Origin: Escherichia coli | GTDB taxonomy: Bacteria; Pseudomonadota; Gammaproteobacteria; Enterobacterales; Enterobacteriaceae | Assembly (NCBI RefSeq): GCF_001677475.2 | Contig: NZ_CP012497.1 | DNA: 64,000 bases | Strand: one strand, 5' to 3' | Shown here: one piece after another, positions 1 to 10,441 of the stretch | Numbering within the stretch: position 1 is the stretch's first letter | Layout of the letters: each line of letters begins with the position of its first letter | The notes under the pieces: model-generated | What the model was told of the DNA's origin: nothing | Seen by the model: the letters and a program-made list of their open reading frames with translations, nothing else | The model's database searches: none | Made by a program: the position numbers and the translations under genes

Positions 1-772
1 CTATCATGTAGGGTTCGTCTGCATGGCGACGCTGCCATTCCGCGACAAAATCTTCGTAGGCTTCTGACATAGGTCTGCCATTCGCCTGGCGATACTGCGC
101 CAGAAATTCAGGTAGCCAGCTAATTTCCTCCGGTTTTATTTCGTCGCGTTTTCCTGGTGCCAGTAACAGCAGCCGTTCTGCGGCGTTCTGTGACTGGTTG
201 TACTTCAGCACCCACTGATAAAGTGGGTCACGACTGATGGTGCGATTAGCACCACGTTTTGCATTGGCGTTAACTGCGGCCTGTTGCAGGCGTTCCGGTA
301 GTTCACCTTTACGGGCTTTTTCGACAAGAAAGTTAATGGCTTTCAGTCGCCCGAGATCACCGTCTCTTTCCAGCCTCAGCACTTCCACCACCAGCGCAGA
401 TCTTGCTTCAGATACCCGGCGCTGGTTTTCGGTCAACGCGTTCAGGCGTTCTTCCATCAGTTGTGGAGAACCGCGATATGCTTCGATTGCCTGGACTGCA
501 TCAGGATTACGAGCCTTCCTGGTAACAACCTTCACTTCAGAAACATTGTTCTCTGTAGCCACCAGCTGTTCCACATAGCGTTCACGCAGTGCCCTTTGAG
601 TTACCTCTGGCAGGCAATCGATGTGGTATTCAATGGCTTTTGTGCCTTCACGTCGGCGGCTAACGTCATTGCGCCCATGGGCAAAACGCTGTAACGCCTG
701 ACGGATACCTTTTGCAGTGACTGGCATTCCTGGTACGCCGAGCAAGTCGTTTGCGGTAACGTACAACTGCAT
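1..772 (-). CDS. Mu-like transposase A, 5' part (gene continues past window start)
   Basis: Minus-strand ORF with ATG at 770-772 (MQLYVTANDLLGVPGMPVTAKG...), open to the window edge with no stop; N-terminus resembles the MuA/Mu-repressor winged-helix DNA-binding domain; starts 1 nt after the ner stop. Confidence 0.65.
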   Translation of the reverse strand, partial: MQLYVTANDLLGVPGMPVTAKGIRQALQRFAHGRNDVSRRREGTKAIEYHIDCLPEVTQRALRERYVEQLVATENNVSEVKVVTRKARNPDAVQAIEAYRGSPQLMEERLNALTENQRRVSEARSALVVEVLRLERDGDLGRLKAINFLVEKARKGELPERLQQAAVNANAKRGANRTISRDPLYQWVLKYNQSQNAAERLLLLAPGKRDEIKPEEISWLPEFLAQYRQANGRPMSEAYEDFVAEWQRRHADEPYMI

Positions 773-773
773 A

Positions 774-1025
774 TCACGACGCCTTCCTGATAAATCCATC
801 GTTACGATACCGGCTGGGCCAGATGATTTCTGGCGGTACACCTATAGCGTCAGAAATTACGCGTTCGTATTTTTTGTTCGGTGTACGAACTACCGCTTTC
901 AGTGAATCCTGAGCATAACCAGCATGGAGTGAAAGCTCCCGGAAGGAAGACCACCCATTATCTTTGAGCGCCAGCTGAATCTTTAGCGAAGGCCAATCGC
1001 GGTCGCGATCTTCTCTTTGTCTCAT
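774..1025 (-). CDS. ner: Ner-like DNA-binding regulator (Ner/Nlp family)
   Basis: 83 aa; C-terminal ...IGVPPEIIWPSRY matches the Ner/Nlp signature; immediately upstream of the transposase. Confidence 0.75.
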   Translation of the reverse strand: MRQREDRDRDWPSLKIQLALKDNGWSSFRELSLHAGYAQDSLKAVVRTPNKKYERVISDAIGVPPEIIWPSRYRNDGFIRKAS

Positions 1026-1216
1026 CTTTCCTTTACCCTACAAAGTTACCCGCGCGGATATCCGGTCGGATATCCGTATGGATAAAATCGTAGATCACAA
1101 AAAGTACCATTACAAGGTATTTTTTGTATTTTGTTTGTATTTTTGAATTTTCCTTTCTATTCAATTAGATAGATGGAAAAGAACCTTTATGCAGAAAAAT
1201 ACCTAGAGGTACTTTT
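1026..1216. promoter_or_regulatory. Divergent early control region between ner and repressor
   Basis: 190-bp AT-rich intergenic region with repeated TTTTGTATT-like motifs between divergent genes; the position matches the Mu c/ner operator-promoter region. Confidence 0.35.
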
Positions 1217-1732
1217 ATGGAGCAAGCAAAAGAACCTATCGTAGAGCGCATGGCATATCTTATTAGACGGTATCCATCAAGAAGTGCTGCAGCCAGAGCC
1301 TGGGGAATAAATATCAATACGTTACAAAGCTATTTTAAAAAGGGAAACACACCAGAACCTCGAGAAAGCATATTGGTACGCATTGCAGAAAGTGAAGGTG
1401 TTAGTCTTGAATGGTTAAAAACAGGCAACGGAAACCCACCAAAAATACAAGAATCACAAAGCAGTTTAAGTCAAGGCGATCAGCTAACTGAGATGCTCTC
1501 GTTTCTTACTAGTGAAGAACGAGAGGCTCTTACCAGCATGTTCGCAAGGAAAGGCGTTGAAACGGTACTACGCTTATTGGACAAAGATACTCAAGAACTG
1601 CTGCAACTAGAGGGTCGTAAACGCCTGGCTGCATTGATGTTGGTTGATATGTCCGACGAGCAAGTCAGAGAGATTTTGGAAGAAATTGAAGCAAGTATTC
1701 TCTCACACAGCGTAAAAGCAAAGGCAGGTTGA
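1217..1732 (+). CDS. Putative prophage repressor (HTH)
   Basis: 171 aa, divergent from ner; N-terminal HTH-like segment (AAARAWGININTLQSYFKKGNTP) and C-terminal coiled-coil-like region. Confidence 0.5.
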   Translation: MEQAKEPIVERMAYLIRRYPSRSAAARAWGININTLQSYFKKGNTPEPRESILVRIAESEGVSLEWLKTGNGNPPKIQESQSSLSQGDQLTEMLSFLTSEEREALTSMFARKGVETVLRLLDKDTQELLQLEGRKRLAALMLVDMSDEQVREILEEIEASILSHSVKAKAG

Positions 1733-1832
1733 CTTAATTGACCTGCTTTTGGAGCTTCTTTAAAATTCGCTTTAAAAGGAGATGCGGGCATTTTTGAAGG
1801 GGCTTAAAAGGCTTGAAATAACACGGCGCGCC

Positions 1833-2267
<435 letters not shown>

Positions 2268-2277
2268 GGTCGTTGAT

Positions 2278-2889
2278 ATGGGACTTAATGTTGCATCAGT
2301 AAAGTCTTATGTATCTTCGGCATTAACGACGACATTATTTGGCTCCGGCGTTGGTGAGCGGGAAGTTGGTAAGCTGACGTCAATCATCATGAACAAAATG
2401 CTGTTCGCGCAAGGATGGCAGTTCTCTGTCGAAGTTGATGGACTGGAGGGGGCAGACTTCTTTGCCAAAGACATTACCTACCACGATTACAGCATCGAAT
2501 ATGAAACGATTAAAATCGGCGGAGGGAATATCCTTCAGCCAACGGAGCGTTCGCCTGGGCAGATAACAATGATGGTCAGGGATACCGTTGATGGCCTCGT
2601 TTTGGACTGGTTTAAGACGGCAAAAAGTCGGGTGATTAATCCGGACGGTACTGGGAATATACCGTCTAAATATTTGCTCAATGTGCGTATTTATCGGTTA
2701 CTGTCTTCCGGTTTAACCAAACTGGAAAATGAGATGACGGTATTCCCGGTCACTACCGGCGATGTCACCTATGCGCGAGATCAGGTTACTGAATTTAAGT
2801 CATTCCCAATGACCTTCGCATTGCACAGCACGTTTAACCAATCCTCAAGTTCTTTGGCTTCCCTTCTGGGCTTTAGCTTTTCTCTTTGA
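2278..2889 (+). CDS. Putative tail tube protein (tub position)
   Basis: 203 aa, RBS-spaced after the upstream ORF; position relative to sit matches P1 tub. Confidence 0.4.
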   Translation: MGLNVASVKSYVSSALTTTLFGSGVGEREVGKLTSIIMNKMLFAQGWQFSVEVDGLEGADFFAKDITYHDYSIEYETIKIGGGNILQPTERSPGQITMMVRDTVDGLVLDWFKTAKSRVINPDGTGNIPSKYLLNVRIYRLLSSGLTKLENEMTVFPVTTGDVTYARDQVTEFKSFPMTFALHSTFNQSSSSLASLLGFSFSL

Positions 2890-2903
2890 ATTAAGGAGCA
2901 AGG

Positions 2904-3785
2904 ATGCTTTTACCTCTTTTCCCGCTACCATCGCGGCCAACTGAATTGATCCAGTTCCGTCAGCCAAATATTGCTGATGCGATGCGTTTCAACTCGATAA
3001 CACCGGAGGAACAAGAACAACAGACAACGGCGTATTTAAAAGCCTTGCTGGCTGAACCCGCGAAACATGATCCCCTGACATGGACGGCGCAGGACCGGAT
3101 TACCGCGTTATGGTGGATATTTACCGGCTCCCGTGAAACACCGGTCGAGACATTCACCTACACCTGTAAACATTGTGGTAAAGAGCATTATTACGATTGT
3201 GATATGAATGCTCTGGCTGAAGATATCCAGGTCCTGGAAGTGGAACCTTTCATTGACGATATTGAGGTGTCTGTAGAGGGAGTACCTTATCAATGGCGTA
3301 TCGTGCCGCTTGATGGTTGGGCAATGGAAATGCTGGAGATGCGCCGTGCAGCATTGCCACCTGAAGACGACGCGGAATTCAAAGAAGCGATCGTTGATTT
3401 GCGTTTTTGGGAATTCGCTTATCAGTGTGAGCTTTATAACGATGTTAGCGGTACTCGTGAAGATCAGGCTGAGCGTCGTTATGAAACGATTAAACGGATG
3501 GCCATTGATACTGAATTTATGAAGCTGGCGGCACACATCCGACTGGCTCATGAAAAGCTCGAACATGGTTTACCGTGCTACATCGATAAAGGTGAAATGC
3601 GTCTTCGTCTCCCGCCGCATAAATGCCCAAATCAGGATAAAAAGGAGTCCACAGAGGGTGCATATACCCGTCTGTGGGTGCCCTTTCGGGCTACCGACTT
3701 CATTCCACAGGTGGGGATTGAAAAGCTATCAGACCTTAGTGTCCAACCTGGTTTTGTATGGGGGTATACCGATTCAGGACGCTGA
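2904..3785 (+). CDS. Tail-associated hypothetical protein (pmgB position)
   Basis: 293 aa ORF tightly packed between the tube-like gene and sit. Confidence 0.35.
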   Translation: MLLPLFPLPSRPTELIQFRQPNIADAMRFNSITPEEQEQQTTAYLKALLAEPAKHDPLTWTAQDRITALWWIFTGSRETPVETFTYTCKHCGKEHYYDCDMNALAEDIQVLEVEPFIDDIEVSVEGVPYQWRIVPLDGWAMEMLEMRRAALPPEDDAEFKEAIVDLRFWEFAYQCELYNDVSGTREDQAERRYETIKRMAIDTEFMKLAAHIRLAHEKLEHGLPCYIDKGEMRLRLPPHKCPNQDKKESTEGAYTRLWVPFRATDFIPQVGIEKLSDLSVQPGFVWGYTDSGR

Positions 3786-3866
3786 AAGGCTCACTGAATC
3801 CTATGCGTTTTTCCTGTTGGAGAAACTGGAAGAAAAACTTAAACCGAAACGGTAGGCGATAAGATC

Positions 3867-6800
3867 ATGGAAAGAAAAAACGCCAACATTGACGATGTTA
3901 TAAGGACAGTTGAAACCGCCAGCGCAAAAGAGCTGGAAGAGCTTGCTGGTATCCGGGAAGCTGTTGAAGATTTGAAAGGTGGGCGAGTTGCTACTGTTGA
4001 TCCTGTCTCTCGCAGCGTGTCGGCATTAAATCGCACAATCGAAAATTCCCGGCCTGACTTTGTGGCCAAAGCGCCATCAGTAGACCCTATTGTTGACGCA
4101 ATGAAACGGCTTAATTTAGGGGACGTTTCTCGTGTAGTTCAGGAAGATGTTGCTCAACAGGAACAGCGGGCCAAATCAACCACACCAAAGGGTAAAAAAC
4201 GACGCAGGAAGGCTATACCAGAGGATGTAAAGGCGCAACGGACCGAAGCAGCCGAACACGCTCGCGAAATGTTCGGTCAAAAAGGCGGTGCGCAAAAAAG
4301 CCAAAACCAACGCGATGCGCGTGGTCGTTTTATTGGAAAGTCAGGGAGTAAGGCCGCAGCGGAAGATGCCCATGCTGAACGAGCAGAAAAGGCCAGGCGA
4401 AAAGAGGATGATGAGCGTCTAAATGCTGAATCAGGTTTATTAAAAAAACTGTCAAAAGTAGCTGAAGGCATAGGTAACCCTTCAGAGACTCGTGCCGTCG
4501 ATGCGTTAGGTTATGCCGTTGCTGGTCCATTGTGGGCCGCAGGGAAGGAGCTTGGCGGGATATCAAAAGAAGTTGGCGGATCGCTTAATGGTGCCAGAAA
4601 GTCTATTGCCGATGTGATTCGTGGCAATGACGATAACAGCCGTAAAAAAGGTTTTTTTAGGCGTAAATCGCAAAGTAGTGCCGATGTCGTTCAGGTTAAC
4701 ACCCAAAAACGGACGGTTCAGGAACTTCAGGATCAGACCAGCGAAATTAAAGAGGGCAATGACAAGATTCTCAGCGCCCTTGATCAGATAGCCAAAAACA
4801 CCGGGAAAAAGAAGGGCGGCTTGCTGTCCAAATTATTTAGCCTGTTAGGGAAGGGGGCCGGTGGTATTGCTTCCCTCATTTTTGGCCGTGGGGCACTAAA
4901 GAAAGTTGGCTCGATGGCACTAGGCGCTTTAGGTATAAAAAAAGTTGCAAGCTTATTGGGCTTTGGTGGGAAAAAAGCTGCTGCCAAAGAAGCTGGCGAA
5001 TTGGCTACTCGCGGTGCCGGAAAACTTGCAACTAAGGGATTGGGGAAACTAGGTGTTAAGGCACTTGCAAAGGGGGTTTTACGCGCAATTCCGCTAGTCG
5101 GCACGGTGGCTGGAGGTATCTATGATGCGGTAACCGGTTGGAATGATACAGAAGCACAACGTCGGACCTTTGGGCTTAAGGATGGGGAAGATCCATCTTT
5201 TCAGCAAAAAGCGGCTTATACACTGGCTAACGTTCTCGATATGGGAGGACTGGTATCTGGTATTAGCAGTGCCATTGGTGGCGTTCTCAAATCACTTGGA
5301 TTTGAGGATATCGGCAATATGTTGCAATCATTTTCGACGGAAAGTATTGCACAGGCCATTGATAGTGGGATTACCAATTTAGAAACATACATTTCTAACC
5401 TTGGTGACACCATATCCACAACATTCAACGATTACACAGCCAAGATTGGCGATGCTATTTCAGCTTGGTTCAGTGACACAACCAAGAGTCTGAACGAAAA
5501 ATTAGACGCCATCAAAGACTTCTTTACTGTCGATAACCTGAAAAAGGTTTTCAGTGATGCAATTGATAGTGCAATTGATTTCATTAAGAACCCGGGGAAA
5601 TACATTAAAGAGGCTGGCAGTAATCTATGGAGTGCCGCAAAAGAGCTTTCAGGTGAGGTTGCTGATGCCGCTGTTCAGAGCACCCCTGTGGCCTGGGTTG
5701 CATCAAAGCTAGTCAATAAAGCGGATGCGAAAGAGGTTACACCTGAATTAAAAACACCTGCTAAAGAACGTCAGGAGGGCAATGCTCCTAAGACTGAATA
5801 TACCCCTAAAAAGGCTAATATTGTCACTCGTGTTGTAAATGCATCCTTAGATACGGCGAAAGATAGCAATAAAACAGTTAAAGAAACTGCTAATCAGATT
5901 ATCAATGCAAATGCCGTAGAAACGGGCAATCGCGCGTTGCAGAAAATTGATAAAGCCATTGGTCAAAATAGCTCGTCATCATCGTCGCGTAATACTACTG
6001 GAACCAGGAATGATATTCAGAAAGCTGCGGATACCTACAACAATGGCAACTTGGATGTAAAAGTAGGAAGTCTTGGCGCTGAAGGTAAGGCAAATCTCGA
6101 TAAGTTGGCTCCATATTTTGCTGAACTAGAGAATAAATATGGTCTTCCAGAAGGCACTCTTTACGCGATTGCTGCAACTGAATCAGGAGGGGATCCTAAC
6201 GCAAAGTCTCCGCTTACAAGATCACCAGATGGAAAGTTAAGTGGTGGCGCACTCGGGATGTTCCAGTTCACGAGTATTGCTCGTAAAGAGACAGGGATAT
6301 CGGAACCGGATGCATTTGATCCTGTGAAATCGGCAGAAGCTGCGGCTCTTCTCATGAGCAAGTATCTGAAGCAAGCCAATGGAGACTTAAACGAGGCCAT
6401 CACTGCATATAACGCTGGGTTTGGCACTATCAATAAGTGGAAAAAAGGCACAGGTGACTTATCGAAAGAAAACCGTGAGTACGCGATCAAGGTCAATACT
6501 CATCGTGCTCGCTATTTGGGTGGTGAAATCTATACACCTGGAGCAGGAGCACAGGGTGGGGCGCAATATGGAGTGAGGGGACCACTGCCTGATAACGCTG
6601 TTATCGATCAGTCTACTGGCCTGGCGTTTACCCCTGGTGATAGCCCGTTTGAGAAAGGCGGTCTGGTAGACAAAATCGGCAATGCTGTTGGCGTTAACGA
6701 TCTGGTCAACAAATTCATGAATGGCCGGGGGATGCGTCGGGAAGTCGTTCAGGGAACCCTCGAAGAACGTGCACGAGGAAGGGGAACCGCAACGGCAGCT

Positions 6801-7295
6801 GGCAATGTGTATGTTGATACACCTATGCCAGTTGAAGAGGCACGTCCGGTAGCAAACAACTCAAGTTACTTTGACCAACTCGGTGCACAAATGGGGATTG
6901 ATGGGCTGTATGACAAACTCATTAATGCCCGGGGAATGCGCTCAAATAATTCTCCTCAACCAGCCTCCACGTCCCAGGTGACGACTGCCGCCAACGATTT
7001 GCAGCAACCAACCGGTCGTATGCAGATAGACGGGCAGGTTATTAGTGACCTTGGCGGTTCCGGTGCTAAGCCGACAATGCAGTTGGCTGATAATACCGTT
7101 TCACTTGATGGTGAAACGAAGCGGCTGTTTGCGCAGATGACCTCATTGCTTGCCAGGATTGAAGAGCACACCAAAGACTCGGCGAAAGGCCAGGGAACTG
7201 TCGTAAAGGTCAGCACGCCTCAACCGGGCGTTATGCGCACGGTGCCACTGTCAATTGATGATCCGTTGATGAATGACTACGCGAGAGTTGATTGA
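3867..7295 (+). CDS. sit: Sit: tape-measure-like internal tail protein with lytic transglycosylase domain
   Basis: 1142 aa; Gly/Ala/Lys-rich repeats; SLT motifs LYAIAATESGGDPNAKS...GALGMFQF...AYNAGFG. Confidence 0.8.
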   Translation: MERKNANIDDVIRTVETASAKELEELAGIREAVEDLKGGRVATVDPVSRSVSALNRTIENSRPDFVAKAPSVDPIVDAMKRLNLGDVSRVVQEDVAQQEQRAKSTTPKGKKRRRKAIPEDVKAQRTEAAEHAREMFGQKGGAQKSQNQRDARGRFIGKSGSKAAAEDAHAERAEKARRKEDDERLNAESGLLKKLSKVAEGIGNPSETRAVDALGYAVAGPLWAAGKELGGISKEVGGSLNGARKSIADVIRGNDDNSRKKGFFRRKSQSSADVVQVNTQKRTVQELQDQTSEIKEGNDKILSALDQIAKNTGKKKGGLLSKLFSLLGKGAGGIASLIFGRGALKKVGSMALGALGIKKVASLLGFGGKKAAAKEAGELATRGAGKLATKGLGKLGVKALAKGVLRAIPLVGTVAGGIYDAVTGWNDTEAQRRTFGLKDGEDPSFQQKAAYTLANVLDMGGLVSGISSAIGGVLKSLGFEDIGNMLQSFSTESIAQAIDSGITNLETYISNLGDTISTTFNDYTAKIGDAISAWFSDTTKSLNEKLDAIKDFFTVDNLKKVFSDAIDSAIDFIKNPGKYIKEAGSNLWSAAKELSGEVADAAVQSTPVAWVASKLVNKADAKEVTPELKTPAKERQEGNAPKTEYTPKKANIVTRVVNASLDTAKDSNKTVKETANQIINANAVETGNRALQKIDKAIGQNSSSSSSRNTTGTRNDIQKAADTYNNGNLDVKVGSLGAEGKANLDKLAPYFAELENKYGLPEGTLYAIAATESGGDPNAKSPLTRSPDGKLSGGALGMFQFTSIARKETGISEPDAFDPVKSAEAAALLMSKYLKQANGDLNEAITAYNAGFGTINKWKKGTGDLSKENREYAIKVNTHRARYLGGEIYTPGAGAQGGAQYGVRGPLPDNAVIDQSTGLAFTPGDSPFEKGGLVDKIGNAVGVNDLVNKFMNGRGMRREVVQGTLEERARGRGTATAAGNVYVDTPMPVEEARPVANNSSYFDQLGAQMGIDGLYDKLINARGMRSNNSPQPASTSQVTTAANDLQQPTGRMQIDGQVISDLGGSGAKPTMQLADNTVSLDGETKRLFAQMTSLLARIEEHTKDSAKGQGTVVKVSTPQPGVMRTVPLSIDDPLMNDYARVD

Positions 7296-7651
7296 TGGCC
7301 AACAATAACGAAATTGATCCTTTACTGACGCTGGAGTTATCCGGCGTAAAAACGTATGAGTCCCAGGAGGAGGCCTGGGGCGCTCGTTTATATGAGTGGC
7401 TAAACACTTATCAGGGTGAGGTATACGGAGATCCGTCATGGGGCAATGTTTTACCGCAGTTTAAACACGAACCGACCAACTTGTCGTATGTTCAAATTGC
7501 GGTTGAGGCAATGCTTTTGCAAAAACTGACGGTAGATTTACCCGACATACCGATTTCTGGCTTGTCAGTAGCCGAGGGAGATGCTTTTGATAAGTTGAAA
7601 ATATCCATTCGTATCAGGGATATAACTATCACACAGGACGTGGTGCTATGA
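7292..7651 (+). CDS. Small baseplate-associated protein (pmgA position)
   Basis: 119 aa, overlaps the sit stop by 4 bp (translational coupling). Confidence 0.4.
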   Translation: MMANNNEIDPLLTLELSGVKTYESQEEAWGARLYEWLNTYQGEVYGDPSWGNVLPQFKHEPTNLSYVQIAVEAMLLQKLTVDLPDIPISGLSVAEGDAFDKLKISIRIRDITITQDVVL

Positions 7652-9081
7652 GTAAAACAACACCGACTAAAGACAGTATTCGTGCAGAGTTTGAAGAGCT
7701 TGTCGAGAAAGATTCATTCTGGTCGAAGTTTGTCGGCTCTCAATTTGTCTCGATGCTGACATTGTTTATTACCCAGATTGTATACAGGTGTTTTCAATAT
7801 GCCGATGCTGCGCTGGCTGAAGGCTTTATATCGACTGCGACGCGGCGTTCCTCTATCCTGGCTGCGGCAGAAACGAACAGTTATGTTGGTACCAAGCCAA
7901 CACCGTCATCGGGGATGATTGAGATCACAGCCACAAGTGAAGATGCTCCAGCGGTAATCCCCAAAAACATGCCTTTAATATCTGACGACCAGTACCCTTA
8001 CATGACTATGGATGTATGCAGATTGGTTGACGGCACCGGTACGGTAGAAGTGGCACAGTTGGAAATCCAGGAGGTGACATATACCGTTACGGCAGCCAAA
8101 GAATTTCTGGAAGTCGTGTTATCAAAGGCTCTCACTGCTGTCTGCTATAAGCTGGAAGTATTCGTGACGACCGATGGTAAGACCACGCAGTGGTCTTCCA
8201 GCACTATGTTCCGGTTAGCCGGTAGTAAAAGCCAGGTCTACGTTGAGTTTTATAAACCATCCGAGCAGTTGGGGGTTCGATTCGGCGATGGGCTAATTGG
8301 GCAAATACCGCCAGAAGGCTCGACAATTACGCTTAAGGTATGGTGCACCAACGGCGATATAACCCTGGTTGCTGGCCAAAACCTGACGCCTGTCGATTCT
8401 GCGGCTAATTTAGCTAATTTGATTTCAGTTAAGACAACGACACCTATAACCGCAGGTACCGATGCTGAAACAACGGAGATCACACGTAACCGTGCACAAT
8501 ATTACCTTGCCTATGATGATCAGGTCGTATGGGGCGGGGACTATACGTATTTTCTGGTGCGTAACATCCCGGGACTGTCCTGGGTAAAGGCATGGGGCGA
8601 AGGCCAGCAAGAGAAATTAGATGGTGCTTATAATATTCGGAATATCAATAGGATATTTATTTCAGGATGGCATCCAAACAAAAGCCAGTCAGAGCTTGAA
8701 GAAATGATCCTGGCTGCCTTTAAGAAGGTGCCGAATGAGTTGAACAAGAAATTCTCGTATAAAGAGGTCAGAAAACTACCCTTTAAGATCACCATCACCG
8801 GGCGGATATCGGCAAGCCTGACCATTGAGAACGTGACCGATGAGCTGAAGTCGGCACTGGAAACAAAATTTGGGCGTGACTCAACTTTCTTTGATCCGAA
8901 CCGTGTCGGCAAGTACATCCTGATTAAGAAAAAAGACGTTTGGGCATTTATCGAAACGCTGGGTTATTTCCGCGACTTTTATCTGGAATTTGTCGAGTGG
9001 AATGAGTCCAACGGCTTTTACGATTTCGTTTATCTGGATACAGAAAACTCCACCTTTAATATTTCGTATGAGGAGGAGTGA
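7648..9081 (+). CDS. Baseplate protein (BplA-like)
   Basis: 477 aa, coupled to flanking genes; position matches P1 bplA. Confidence 0.5.
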   Translation: MSKTTPTKDSIRAEFEELVEKDSFWSKFVGSQFVSMLTLFITQIVYRCFQYADAALAEGFISTATRRSSILAAAETNSYVGTKPTPSSGMIEITATSEDAPAVIPKNMPLISDDQYPYMTMDVCRLVDGTGTVEVAQLEIQEVTYTVTAAKEFLEVVLSKALTAVCYKLEVFVTTDGKTTQWSSSTMFRLAGSKSQVYVEFYKPSEQLGVRFGDGLIGQIPPEGSTITLKVWCTNGDITLVAGQNLTPVDSAANLANLISVKTTTPITAGTDAETTEITRNRAQYYLAYDDQVVWGGDYTYFLVRNIPGLSWVKAWGEGQQEKLDGAYNIRNINRIFISGWHPNKSQSELEEMILAAFKKVPNELNKKFSYKEVRKLPFKITITGRISASLTIENVTDELKSALETKFGRDSTFFDPNRVGKYILIKKKDVWAFIETLGYFRDFYLEFVEWNESNGFYDFVYLDTENSTFNISYEEE

Positions 9082-9917
9082 TGCAGCGTTCCTGGTTTAA
9101 TAACCGGCTTACATCAGCTAAGCAAAAGTCATTGCTCTATAAATCATTGGCTGATTTGGTTCAGTTAATGATGGATACCTTTGTTGACCCATGGTTGGAG
9201 CGAATTACCAACCGGAAGTCTATTTTTTCCATGAGCAAGGAGGATCTGGAGACCAGGACAAATGAACTTGGCCAGTTCTTTACTATCAGAACGTCGAACT
9301 CATCTTCCGTTCCGATGTTGTTACAACAGCGTCTTGATGAGATTCACTTTAAGGGAACTGAACGCCCTATAAACCAGACAATTTACCGCGAATTTAACGG
9401 TATTTCTGTTTTATGGGATCCGATATATGCACCGGTGGACCTTGAGCGTCATCCCTATGGCACAGTTCTAATACCAGAAAGCACACTGGAGACTACCGGC
9501 GGCACATTCGGCGAGATGTTTCTGACTTCCAGAGGGATGATCAGTATTCCCATAAACGACCTGGCCCGGACAATGGGTATTACTGGCACGATAGATCAGT
9601 CAGCAATTACAGAAGAAATTCTCAGAAAGTTTAATCAGTTCGTAAAGCCTCTACTGCCACTGCATATAGTGTTTGATGGGCTTACGCTCTATTTGTCGGT
9701 TGTTGTAAATGAACAGGCCGACATGATCACCTTGAACGAGATTTCTGATACCGAAAAAGCATTCTGCTGGTTTGAAACTTCGGATACAACTTCGCTTACT
9801 GGAGTTACGTCGATTAGCGCCCCTATCACCGCAACGCCGGGTGGCACTATTGTGAAAGCGACACCTACGTTTGATCGCACACGCGCAGATGATTTGTTGC
9901 TGGATAGCGACGCCTGA
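9078..9917 (+). CDS. Baseplate / tail-fibre attachment protein (gene 16 position)
   Basis: 279 aa, 4-bp overlap with the upstream gene. Confidence 0.45.
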   Translation: MMQRSWFNNRLTSAKQKSLLYKSLADLVQLMMDTFVDPWLERITNRKSIFSMSKEDLETRTNELGQFFTIRTSNSSSVPMLLQQRLDEIHFKGTERPINQTIYREFNGISVLWDPIYAPVDLERHPYGTVLIPESTLETTGGTFGEMFLTSRGMISIPINDLARTMGITGTIDQSAITEEILRKFNQFVKPLLPLHIVFDGLTLYLSVVVNEQADMITLNEISDTEKAFCWFETSDTTSLTGVTSISAPITATPGGTIVKATPTFDRTRADDLLLDSDA

Positions 9918-9995
9918 CAATCACCCCGTCCGCAGGGCGGGGTGACAAGTTACTTCTCTTACAATGAGGCTTCACAACATTGATTAGGGAAAATC

Positions 9996-10430
9996 ATGTC
10001 TGACGTCTCAACAAACCTCTATAAGAGTCAGTTGTTGGACTATTACTATCAGCGGCGCGCTGAATCGTCCATTAACAAAGGCTCTCGATTTTTAATCAGC
10101 AAGGCCGTTTTCGGTACCAGTTCACTGGTTACTAAGAAAGGAGATGGCACTTATGAGATTGGAGAACTGCCAAAGGCTTTCGATCTGGCAGAACTGACCA
10201 GTCAATTTTGCACCATCAACCTCGTCCCAACCTACTCAGGCGGGATAATTACTGTCCGAATGGACCTTGATCAAAGCCAGTTGCAGGAAGGGAAAAACTA
10301 CCCATTCAACACTCTGGTTGTTCTGGATAACGAGAACAAGCCAATCGCCATTATTTGTGTCCAGGAAGACTCGCTGTATGTGGGCAAAACATATACCGCA
10401 GTTATGGCCATAAACACGACTACAGCATAA
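9996..10430 (+). CDS. Tail-fibre associated protein R-like
   Basis: 144 aa immediately upstream of the tail-fibre gene. Confidence 0.4.
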   Translation: MSDVSTNLYKSQLLDYYYQRRAESSINKGSRFLISKAVFGTSSLVTKKGDGTYEIGELPKAFDLAELTSQFCTINLVPTYSGGIITVRMDLDQSQLQEGKNYPFNTLVVLDNENKPIAIICVQEDSLYVGKTYTAVMAINTTTA

Positions 10431-10441
10431 GGATATGTTTG

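Noticed and set aside
4277-7216. Minus-strand ORFs within sit (e.g. 4784-5104, 6161-6496, 6956-7216)
   Set aside because: Antisense to the intact 1142-aa sit ORF; Gly/Ala/Pro-rich translations are typical of repeat antisense frames.
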